Shown piece by piece: positions 1-8,490 of a stretch of 64,000 nt of DNA. Under the pieces are notes generated by a model. That model was not told the origin of the DNA. It saw only the letters and a list, made by a program, of their open reading frames with translations, and made no database searches. Position 1 is the first letter of the stretch. Every line of letters begins with the position of its first letter. Both the position numbers and the translations under genes were made by a program. Origin of the DNA: an uncultured Chloroflexia bacterium (lineage in GTDB: Bacteria; Chloroflexota; Limnocylindria; Limnocylindrales; CSP1-4); contig CAWCQK010000017.1 of the NCBI GenBank assembly GCA_963797685.1, positions 129,652-193,651 of the forward strand, written 5' to 3'.

Positions 1-138
1 TTCCACCAGATCCGGGTGCCGTTCACCCGCATCGCCCTCGGCCGGGCACGACACGAGCCGGCAGGAGCCGAGCAGCTGGCGGCAACCGCGGAAGAGGCCG
101 TCGATGAGCGCGCGGCGGCGGAGGCGGCGCACAGCTGA
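1..138 (+). CDS. 3' end of an unidentified CDS entering from upstream (partial)
   Basis: Frame +1 is open from base 1 to TGA at 136-138 (FHQIRVPFTRIALG...AAEAAHS*). Codon position 3 is strongly G/C, as in the confident genes. No start in window and no family recognised. Confidence 0.3.
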   Translation, partial: FHQIRVPFTRIALGRARHEPAGAEQLAATAEEAVDERAAAEAAHS

Positions 139-230
139 CGGCCCGCACTTGACCTTCCCGGACCTCGGCCGCCCCTACCATGGCGACGATGTCCGTTCGA
201 CCGCGTGTCAGCAAGTAGCGCGCCGCCACG

Positions 231-1826
231 ATGAGGATCAGCCGGGGCGGGATGGCCGCTACCTTGACCGATGGCCCAAGCGGCTACGGATCCGATGAGG
301 CCGACCCGACCCGGGAGATGAGTCGGGTCGGTCTGCGGAACAAGATCCGGGGCCGGTCCGCCAGCCCCTTGTCGGTGGTGAGCGTCATCTGTGCGGTCGT
401 TGCGACCGTCGCCATCGTCGATCGGGCGCTCGCCTCGGCACTGGTTCTGAACATCAGATGGGACGCGTTCTACTACCACCTGCCCTTTGCCGCGATCTGG
501 GGAGGGCTGTCCATCCCGTACGACATGAACGACGCGGTTCGACCCCTGTTCGAGGGATACCCGCCGCTGCCGGAGATGGTCCAAGGCCTTTTGTGGAGGT
601 TGACCGGCTCCGTGAACGCCACGGGTGTCGCCAACTTCCTCGCCTTCGGCCTGTTCCTCATCTACTGCCACAAGGTCCTGCGAGCGCCGTTCTGGCTGGT
701 GGCGCTGATCTCGCTCAGCGCCCCGCTCGTGTTGATCCACACGGCCGTCAGCTACATCGACCTGTTCGGGAATGCCTTCCTGGCGATCGGCGTCTGCTCG
801 TGCCTGTCCCTATATCTCTTTCCGGAAAGGCGGTCGCGTACCGTCATCGTCGGCGGGTTCGCCGCGCTTGCCATCGCCGCGTGGTCCAAGTCCCTGCTGG
901 TCCCGGTCATCGGCGTCATGTTCATCCTGTTCGCCATCGTCGTCCTCCGGTCCACCGCGGCGGACAGGTTCAATCGGCGCCAATTCGCCGTCGTCTTCCT
1001 GGTCTTTGCCACTCTGGCGGCGACGCCGTACGCCAAGAACCTGGCCATCTACGGGAATCCCTTCTGGCCGACGCGTGTCCCGGTCGTGGGTGCGCTCTTC
1101 CCGTCGATCGACGATACGGCCTACTTCGCCACGCAGAGACCCGCTGATCTCTACGATGCTCCGCAGGCCGAGGTCTTCTTCCAGTCCCTGTTCGAGATCA
1201 ACGTGCCCACCTCCTACCCGAACCGCCTTCGATGGATCGTGGATCAGGGCTCCACACCGACGCAGGCCGGCTTCCGGATGGGCGGCTTCTGGAATATCGG
1301 CGTCGTCGTCTATCTGCTCATCTCGTTCGGGATGCTCATTGCCTTGCGACGGAGGGCGGGGCTCATCGCAAGCATCGCCGCGGTAGGCGTGCTGTGTCTG
1401 ATCGCGGTCATCCCCGCGTCGAACAATCTCCGCTACTGGCTGTTCATCCCTCTGACCTGGGCTGCCACGATCGGCATGCTGTATCCGGAGCTGCGCCACA
1501 AATTCCCGCGCGCCGCTCTCGGGATGCTGGCGACCGTCCTGGTGCTCTTCGGCTACATGGTCAGCCAGAACTCTGCCTACCTCCCGATCCAGCCGTTCGG
1601 TTACCGAGATGCGGCCGTCGCGTGGGGCGCCGCGGACTGGTGGCCCAAGCTCCAACAGGGAAAGACCTATTGCGTCGTGGATTTGAGTCCGATCGGGATG
1701 ATGATGACGGGACCTACGATGCACGAGTTTTCGATCGTGGATCGAACCAAGGCCACGCTGTGTCCGGCCGGCACCCTCGTCGTCAGCGCGGCTGGCATCG
1801 AGCGGCCAAGCGCGACGCCGCCGTAG
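231..1826 (+). CDS. polytopic integral membrane protein, possibly a GT-C/ArnT-like glycosyltransferase
   Basis: 531-aa ORF with many hydrophobic helices (VVSVICAVVATVAIV, FLAFGLFLIYC, FWLVALISLSAPLVLIH, LLVPVIGVMFILFAIVVL) and a soluble C-terminal part. The family call rests on topology only. The start is uncertain (alternative Met at 252 and 318). Confidence 0.6.
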   Translation: MRISRGGMAATLTDGPSGYGSDEADPTREMSRVGLRNKIRGRSASPLSVVSVICAVVATVAIVDRALASALVLNIRWDAFYYHLPFAAIWGGLSIPYDMNDAVRPLFEGYPPLPEMVQGLLWRLTGSVNATGVANFLAFGLFLIYCHKVLRAPFWLVALISLSAPLVLIHTAVSYIDLFGNAFLAIGVCSCLSLYLFPERRSRTVIVGGFAALAIAAWSKSLLVPVIGVMFILFAIVVLRSTAADRFNRRQFAVVFLVFATLAATPYAKNLAIYGNPFWPTRVPVVGALFPSIDDTAYFATQRPADLYDAPQAEVFFQSLFEINVPTSYPNRLRWIVDQGSTPTQAGFRMGGFWNIGVVVYLLISFGMLIALRRRAGLIASIAAVGVLCLIAVIPASNNLRYWLFIPLTWAATIGMLYPELRHKFPRAALGMLATVLVLFGYMVSQNSAYLPIQPFGYRDAAVAWGAADWWPKLQQGKTYCVVDLSPIGMMMTGPTMHEFSIVDRTKATLCPAGTLVVSAAGIERPSATPP

Positions 1827-1916
1827 CCCATCCCCTTCCAGCCGTCCCGGTCGACCCGGTGGCGTCGCTGCCGGGCCTGCCCGAGCGCCGACGTTCCGGC
1901 CCTCCACCGACCTACC

Positions 1917-2945
1917 ATGGCGGCGATGTCCGCCAGCGCCGCCAGCCGAGCCTCCGACTCCTCCGCGACCGCCGCCGTGGCCGGCCCGCCCGTCGCCGGC
2001 TTCCTGATCGTCATCGTCGCCGCATCCCTGTTCGGGATGCTCGGTCCGCTGTCGCGCTTCGCCTACGACGCCGGGATGACGCCGCTCGCGTTCGTCGCCT
2101 GGCGCGCCGCGATCGGACTCATCGCGACCGCGGCGTTCGTCGCCTGGCGGATCCGGCGGGGCTCGGAGCGGATGATGCGGCTGCGCGAGCTGGACCGCGG
2201 CGCGCGGGCCAGCCTCGCGGTCGCGGCCGTGATGGGCTTCACTCTGAACCTCGCGATGTTCATCTCGTTCGACCTCGTGACGGTCGCCCTGGCCCTGCTC
2301 GGGTTCTACACCTACCCGGTGATGGTGGCGCTGGTCAACGTGGCGTCGGGACGCGAAACGCTCGACCGGCCGCGGATGGTCGCCCTCGGGCTGGCGGTGG
2401 CCGGGATGATCGCCGTGGTCGCCTCGCAGCTCGACCCGGCGGCCGGGATCCGGTTCGATGCCCTCGGCTTCGGGCTGGCGCTCGGGGCGGCGCTCAGCCA
2501 GACCGTGTTCATCGTGGTGAGCCGCGCCGGCTACCCGCAGGTCCCGGCCGACCAGGCGATGGCCGTGGTGCTCGCGACGACCGTCGGCTGCAGCCTCGTC
2601 GTCGGGTTGCTGACCGGCAACGGCGCCGCTCTTGGCTACCCCGTCAGCGACCCGTCCGTGGTGCCGCTGCTGGTGTTCACCGGGCTGTTCGCAGCCGCCA
2701 TCCCCTCGACCATGTTCCTGACCGGCATCCGGCTCGTGGGCGGGACGCGGGCAGGGATCCTGATGCTGTTCGAGCCGGTCGTCGGCGTGGTGCTGGCGGC
2801 AATCCTGCTCGGCGAGTCGCTGGCTCCGATCCAGGCGCTCGGCGGCATCGCGATCCTGGCCGCGGCCGTGATCCTGCAGCGGACCGCGGCGCCCGGCGAG
2901 CGGGCCGTGGCAGCACCGGCCATCGAAGCCGACGCGGTCGCCTGA
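1917..2945 (+). CDS. EamA/DMT-family transporter
   Basis: 342 aa with about 10 TM segments in the two-repeat pattern typical of EamA (FLIVIVAASLFGMLGPLSRFAY..., PLLVFTGLFAAAIPSTMFLTGIRLVGGTRAGILMLFEPVVGVVLAAILLGE). Confidence 0.85.
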   Translation: MAAMSASAASRASDSSATAAVAGPPVAGFLIVIVAASLFGMLGPLSRFAYDAGMTPLAFVAWRAAIGLIATAAFVAWRIRRGSERMMRLRELDRGARASLAVAAVMGFTLNLAMFISFDLVTVALALLGFYTYPVMVALVNVASGRETLDRPRMVALGLAVAGMIAVVASQLDPAAGIRFDALGFGLALGAALSQTVFIVVSRAGYPQVPADQAMAVVLATTVGCSLVVGLLTGNGAALGYPVSDPSVVPLLVFTGLFAAAIPSTMFLTGIRLVGGTRAGILMLFEPVVGVVLAAILLGESLAPIQALGGIAILAAAVILQRTAAPGERAVAAPAIEADAVA

Positions 2946-2946
2946 C

Positions 2947-3618
2947 ATGGCCGGCCGGATCCGGGTGCTCATCGTCGACGACCACGCCATGGTCCGCCGC
3001 GGGATGCGCGACTTCCTCGACCTGCACGACGACCTCGAGGTGGTCGGCGAGGCGGCCGACGGGGCGGCGGCACTCGACGCGACGGCCGAGCTGACACCCG
3101 ACGTCGTCGTGATGGACCTGATGATGCCCGGCATGGACGGCGTCACCGCGACGTCAGTGATCAAGGCGCGCCACCCGGCGGTCGAAGTGGTCGCCATCAC
3201 CAGCTTCATCGAGGCGGACCGGATCGCCGCCGCGATCGAGGCCGGCGCCAGCGGCGTCCTGCTCAAGGACGCCGAGGCCGATGACCTGGCCCGCGCGATC
3301 CGGGCCGCGCGCAACGGCGACGTCTACTTCGATCCGGCGGTGGCCGGGATCGTCGCCCGGCGGATGCGGACCGGCGGGAGCCGTGCGTCGGCGGAGGCAC
3401 GGGCCGAGGCCGCGCTCGGACAGCTCACCGCACGGGAGCGTGACGTCCTGGGCTGCCTGGCGCGCGGGCTGTCGAACCGCGCCATCGCCGAGGATCTCGG
3501 GATGGCCGAGCGAACGGCCCGCACGCACGTCTCGAACATCCTGTCCAAGCTCGGCCTGACCAGCCGGACGCAGGCGGCCCTGTTCGCGGTCGAGCACCGG
3601 CTCGATCCGGATCGGTGA
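2947..3618 (+). CDS. NarL/LuxR-family response regulator
   Basis: Receiver domain (RVLIVDDHAMVRRGMRDFL...VVVMDLMMPGMDG) followed by a LuxR HTH (LTARERDVLGCLARGLSNRAIAEDLGMAERTARTHVSNILSKLG). Confidence 0.9.
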   Translation: MAGRIRVLIVDDHAMVRRGMRDFLDLHDDLEVVGEAADGAAALDATAELTPDVVVMDLMMPGMDGVTATSVIKARHPAVEVVAITSFIEADRIAAAIEAGASGVLLKDAEADDLARAIRAARNGDVYFDPAVAGIVARRMRTGGSRASAEARAEAALGQLTARERDVLGCLARGLSNRAIAEDLGMAERTARTHVSNILSKLGLTSRTQAALFAVEHRLDPDR

Positions 3619-4356
3619 CCCTGGTCGCCGGACCGCCCGACGCCCCGGCCATCGTCTTCGTCCACGCCACCCGGCTCACCGCCTCCATGTGGGTCCCGCA
3701 GGTCGCCGCGCTGAGCGATGAATTCCTGACGATCGCGGTCGACCTGCCCGCGCACGGGTCGCGCGCCGACGAGCCATTCACCATGGAGTCGGCAGCCGAC
3801 GCCCTGGCGGCGGACATCCGCGAGCACGCCGGCGGGCGCGCGGTGGTGGTCGGGCTGTCGCTCGGCGGGTACGTGGCGATGACGCTGGCCGCTCGCGATC
3901 CCGCGCTCGTGCGCGCGTTGGTCCTGTCCGGAGCGACCGCCGAGCCCGTCGGCATCCGGATGCTGCCGTACCGCGCGCTCGCCTCGGTCCTGGGCAGGGC
4001 CAGCGATGAGCGCCTCCAGCGCGTCAACGAACGCTATTTCCGGCGGCGCTATGCGCCGACCATCGCCGATCCCATCGTCGAGGCCGGCTTCTGGTCGCGT
4101 GGCGGGGCAGACGCGTTGCGGGCCATCAGCGGCGAGCGTTTCGTGCCGCGGCTCAAGGCCTACCCAGGACCGACGCTGATCATCAACGGCGAGCGCGACC
4201 TGCCATTCCGCCTCTTCGCGCCGACCTTCGCGGCGGCCGGCACGAACGTCCGCAGGGTTCGCCTGGCCGCGCGCCAGGCACCTCACGAACCTCGACCAGC
4301 CGGCCGCCTTCAACGAGGCGATCCGGCGGTTCGTCCGGTCGCTCGAGACCGAATAG
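3615..4356 (+). CDS. alpha/beta hydrolase with an apparent +1 frameshift near 4266-4281
   Basis: The start is a GTGA overlap with the regulator stop. Nucleophile elbow GLSLGG. The listed ORF runs on to 4619 in an Arg/Pro-rich read-through, whereas the +1 frame gives the expected C-terminus HLTNLDQPAAFNEAIRRFVRSLETE* ending at 4354-4356. Confidence 0.75.
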
Positions 4357-4453
4357 CAGGTGCGGCCCCGGCACGGCGGCCGCCTGCCGGCCACCCAAAC
4401 GCCCCCGGCTATACTGGCCCGACCCGCCGACAGCCCGTCATCCAGAGGTTCGA

Positions 4454-5332
4454 TTGCGCGTTCGAAAGGCCGTCTTCCCCGCCGCCGGTTGGGGCACCCG
4501 CTTCCTCCCGGCGACGAAGGCCCAGCCCAAGGAGATGCTGCCGCTCGTCGACAAGCCGATCATCCAGTACGCGGTCGAGGAGGCCGTGGCGGCCGGGATC
4601 GAGCAGGTCATCATCGTGACCTCCAGCCAGAAACGGGCGATCGAGGACCACTTCGACCTCTCCTACGAGCTCGAGCACCTGCTCGAGGAGAAGGGCGACA
4701 TCGAGATGCTGCGGCAGGTCCGCGCGATCAGCGATCTCGCCCAGGTCGCCTACGTCCGGCAGAAGGAGCAGCTCGGGCTCGGCCACGCGGTGCTGATGGC
4801 CAAGGACCTCATCGGCCACGAGCCGTTCGCGGTGATCCTGCCCGATGACGTGGTCGTCGGCGACCGGCCGTGCATCGGCCAGCTGATCCACGCCTACCAC
4901 CAGACGCACGGCTCGGTCATCGCCCTGATGGAGGTCCCGCCCGAGGAGGCCGGCCGCTACGGCGTCATCGATTCGGAGGCGACCGAGGACCCGCTCGACC
5001 ATGGGCGGCTGCGCCTCATCACCAAGCTGGTCGAGAAGCCGCCCGCCGGCGAGGCGCCGTCGAACCTGGCCATCATCGGCCGCTACGTGCTGACGCCCAA
5101 GATCTTCGACAAGCTCGAGCAGACCCAGCGCGGCGCCGGCGGCGAGATCCAGCTGACCGATGCGATCTCGGCGCTGATGGAGGAGCAGCAGGTCTTCGGC
5201 TACGAGTTCGAGGGCACTCGCTACGACGCCGGGACGACCATGGGCTGGCTCAAGGCGTCGGTCGAGATCGCCCTTGCGCGCGACGATCTGGGCACCGAAT
5301 TCCGCGCCTACCTCCACGGCCTGAAGCTCTGA
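4454..5332 (+). CDS. galU: UTP-glucose-1-phosphate uridylyltransferase
   Basis: KAVFPAAGWGTRFLPATKAQPKEMLPLVDKPIIQYAVEEA is the canonical GalU N-terminus. 292 aa, TTG start. Confidence 0.9.
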   Translation: MRVRKAVFPAAGWGTRFLPATKAQPKEMLPLVDKPIIQYAVEEAVAAGIEQVIIVTSSQKRAIEDHFDLSYELEHLLEEKGDIEMLRQVRAISDLAQVAYVRQKEQLGLGHAVLMAKDLIGHEPFAVILPDDVVVGDRPCIGQLIHAYHQTHGSVIALMEVPPEEAGRYGVIDSEATEDPLDHGRLRLITKLVEKPPAGEAPSNLAIIGRYVLTPKIFDKLEQTQRGAGGEIQLTDAISALMEEQQVFGYEFEGTRYDAGTTMGWLKASVEIALARDDLGTEFRAYLHGLKL

Positions 5333-5409
5333 CCGTCCGGCTCGTGGGGTACGATGCCGCCGCACGAGTGGGCGGGCGGAACGCGCGCGACAGGGTGTGA
5401 GGGGACGAT

Positions 5410-7201
5410 TTGGCAGAGATCGGGCAGGTCCTCGGTGGCCGGTATCGACTGGTCGAGCTGCTCGGCAGCGGCGGGATGGCGACCATCTATCGGGCCACCG
5501 ACACCGGCCTCGGTCGCGACGTCGCGCTGAAGCTCCTCCGTCCGGAGTACCTGCGCGACCCTGACTTCTCGTCCCGCTTCCGGCTGGAGGCCCAGGCCGC
5601 CGCCTCGCTCAGCCACCCGAACATCGTCCACGTCTACGACTACGGGGAGGACCCGAGCGGGCCGTACATCGTCATGGAGCTGATCGACGGCGAGGACCTC
5701 GCCACGATCCTTCGACGGAGCGGCGCGCTCCCGCCCCGCCAGGTGGCACGCATCGGAGTCGGCGTCGCCCGGGCACTCGCGGCCGCTCACGCCCGCGGCC
5801 TGGTCCATCGCGATATCAAGCCGGGCAACGTGCTGATCGGCTCCGACGGTGCGGTCAAGGTCGCCGACTTCGGGATCGCTCGGGCCGTCGCCGAGGCGCA
5901 GGTCACCCTGCCCGGAACGACCCTCGGATCGGTCCACTACTTCAGCCCCGAGCAGGCCCGCGGCGAGCCGGCCACGACCTCGTCGGACATCTACAGCCTC
6001 GGCATCGTCCTGTACGAGATGCTGACCGGCTCTCGCCCGTTCGAAGGGGACAGCGCCGCCTCGGTGGCTCTCGCCAGGCTGACCGGGCCGATCCCCGACC
6101 CGGCCGCCGTCCGACCATCCGTCCCGGCGGACCTCGCATCGATCACCCGGCGCGCGCTGGCGCTCGATCCGAAGGACCGCTGGCCGTCGGCCGCCGTCAT
6201 GGCCGATGCGCTCGATGCCACGCTGGCCCCGGGTGGCGGCGCTGCCGCGGGAGCGGCTGGGGTTGCCGCGGCCGGAGCGGCGGGAGCGGCGGCAGCCGCG
6301 CCGGGAGAGGCCGGCGATACGGGCGGTTCGAAGGCTGGCGCCGCTGCAGCCGGCGCGCTGGTCGGCGCGACGGTCGTCTCCGCGACCGCGCGCCCGAACC
6401 CGGCGGCGATCCCGTACTCCCCCGATGCGTACGTCGGCGCCGACGGAGAGACGACGACCGGCACCCCACCCCCACCGGCCGGCACGACCGGCGGCACGAC
6501 CGGGGGCCCGGACGACGACGGCAAGACGAGTCCGCTCGTGTGGGTCGCCGGCATCGTCGCGATCCTGCTGCTCGCTGCCATCGCATTCCTGGTCTTCCAG
6601 CTGACCTCGGGCGGCTCGGGAAGAGCCGCGCAGGTGACGGTCCCGAACCTCGTCGGCCAGACCTCGGCCGCGGCGACCGCGCAGGTCTCGGCCCTCGGGC
6701 TGACCCTCACTCCGACCGGGGTGGCCTCCTCGGATCAGCCCGAGGGCACGGTCCTGTCGCAGGACCCGCCCGCCGGAACGAAGGTGGACGCCGGCAGTGA
6801 GGTCAAGGTCAACGTCGCGACCGGGCCGGGGACGGTCCCGGTCCCGAGCATCACGAACCTCGACGAATTCGAGCGCCCTCCAGGCGCTGTCCGACGCCGG
6901 GTTGCGCATCGGCGTGCGCACCGAGGCCTTCGATCCCACGATCGCTGTCGGTCTCGTCTCGGCCCAGAACCCGTCGGGCGGCATCGTCGTCGCGAAGGGG
7001 ACGCCGATCGACTACACGATCTCGAAGGGTCCCGAGCCGACGCCGTCGCCCACTCCGACTCCGACGCCCACGCCGACTCCGACGCCCACTCCCAAGCCGA
7101 CGCCCACGCCGACACCGACTCCGACGCCCACGCCGACACCGACTCCGACGCCCACGCCGACACCGACTCCGACGCCGACCGACACGCCCGCGCCGTCCTG
7201 A
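5410..7201 (+). CDS. PknB-like Ser/Thr protein kinase with TM helix, two PASTA domains and a Pro-Thr tail; apparent +1 frameshift at about 6865-6880
   Basis: Kinase motifs ([33 protein letters not shown]), a TM helix ([20 protein letters not shown]), and PASTA 1 ([23 protein letters not shown]...). PASTA 2 continues only in the next frame ([19 protein letters not shown]...TISKG, ORF 6797-7201). Confidence 0.85.
7036..7185 (+). repeat. tandem in-frame (Thr-Pro)n repeat, about 24-nt DNA unit ccgactccgacgcccacgccgaca
   Basis: Translates to [49 protein letters not shown] at the kinase C-terminus. The DNA unit recurs at least three times nearly identically. Confidence 0.85.
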
Positions 7202-7213
7202 TAGGTCTCGGGC

Positions 7214-7594
7214 TCAACCTCGGCGGTCGCCGTCCGCGCGCTGGCGATGGATCTCGACGCCGGCGTGATCGAGCGGGCCATCGAGCCTGACCTCGGGCTT
7301 GCGGACCCGCACGACGACTTCGGTCACGTCGAATCCCGAAAGCAGCTCGTGGCTGATCGCCTCGGCCAACGCCTCGAGCAGCCGGAACGACGTCGACTCG
7401 ACGATCTGTCGGACGGCGTCGTAGACCCGGCCATAGTCCACCGTCAGGTCGAGGTCGTCATCGATCCCGGCGCGCTGGAGGTCGAGCCCCAGCTCGACGT
7501 CGACCTCGAACGGCTGCGGCGTCAGCTGCTCCCACTCGTGGACGCCGTGGCGGGCCTGGAAGCGCATGTTGGCGAGCACGATCCGGTCGCTCAC
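7214..7594 (-). CDS. folB: dihydroneopterin aldolase
   Basis: 126 aa: VSDRIVLANMRFQARHGVHEWEQLTPQPFEVDVELGLDL...DYGRVYDAVRQIVES, which matches the FolB pattern. The GTG start overlaps the folP stop (GTGA at 7591-7594). Confidence 0.85.
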   Translation of the reverse strand: MSDRIVLANMRFQARHGVHEWEQLTPQPFEVDVELGLDLQRAGIDDDLDLTVDYGRVYDAVRQIVESTSFRLLEALAEAISHELLSGFDVTEVVVRVRKPEVRLDGPLDHAGVEIHRQRADGDRRG

Positions 7595-8485
7595 CGCTGA
7601 CCTCCCTCGGCGACGACGGCTCGCTGTGAGGTGCGGACGACGGCATCGGTCATCCGCGCGGCGCGGACGTTGGCCTCGACATCGTGGACCCGGACGATGT
7701 CGGTCCCGGACGCGATCCCGAGCGCCGTCGTGGCGAGCGTCGCCTCGAGCCGGTCCTCGGCGGGCAGGCCGAGGACGCGGCCAAGGGTCGACTTGCGGCT
7801 CGTCCCGAGGAGGATGGGCCGCCCGAGCATGCGCAGCGTGTCGAGCTCGCGCAGCAGCTCCAGGTTGTGGTCGGGCGTCTTGCCGAAGCCGAACCCCGGA
7901 TCGACGATCAGGTCGTCCCATGGCGACGCCGAGGCTCGCGGCTCGGTCGAGCGCGCGCTGGAGGTCGGCGATCAGCTCCGGCATGAAGGTCCGATAGACG
8001 GGCTCTGCGCGGTTGTGCATGACGATGAGCGGGACGCCGTGGTCGGCGGCGAGCCGGGCGAGCGTGTCGTCGTCACCGACCGCCCAGACGTCGTTGATGA
8101 GGTCGGCGCCGGAGGCGAGCGCGGCCTCGGCGACCGCAGACTTGGTGGTGTCGATGCTCAGGGGCGTGTCCGGGAGGGCGGCCCGGACGGACGCGATGAC
8201 AGGCACGACCCGGGCGCGCTCCTCGTCCGCGTCGACGGGCTCGTGACCGGGCCGCGTCGATTCGCCACCGATGTCGAGGATGTCGGCGCCCTCGGCGACC
8301 ATCCGGCGCGCCTGCGCCACGGCCGCCTCGACCGCGTCCCCCGGTCCGCGATCAGTGATGAGTCCGTCGCCCGAGAACGAGTCGGGCGTGATGTTGAGGA
8401 TCCCCATCACGTATGTCCGCTCGCCCCAGCGGAACGTCGCCGGGCCGATCCGGGTGCTGCCGAGGTCGCGGGCGGTGACCGTCAT
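7591..8485 (-). CDS. folP: dihydropteroate synthase with an apparent +1 frameshift at about 7927-7940
   Basis: N-terminal part YVMGILNITPDSFSGDG...ILDIGGESTRPG...LSIDTTK...LINDV. The C-terminal part (W)DDLIVDPGFGFGKT...MLGRPILLGTSRKS is in another frame. The span is 895 nt, which is 3n+1. Confidence 0.85.
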
Positions 8486-8490
8486 GTCGG

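Noticed and set aside
23-229. A 68-aa minus-strand ORF at the window start.
   Set aside because: It has a Pro/Arg-rich low-complexity C-terminal half and no SD or family signal. The plus-strand frame 1-138 has better codon-position bias.
810-3314. An 834-aa minus-strand ORF, and similar very long antisense ORFs (for example 5308-6984, 4409-5365, 21193-22914, 27798-29135).
   Set aside because: They are Arg/Gly/Pro/Asp-rich with no recognisable motifs. They lie antisense to or overlap genes with clear family signatures. Long spurious ORFs are expected at this GC content.
6865-6870. An EcoRI site (GAATTC) at the kinase frameshift and a HindIII site (AAGCTT, 27040-27045) next to the DMGDH frameshift, considered as possible cloning or chimeric junctions.
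   Set aside because: The coding sequence is continuous and homologous on both sides after a 1-nt correction, and the other frameshift sites lack such restriction sites. This is most likely coincidence.
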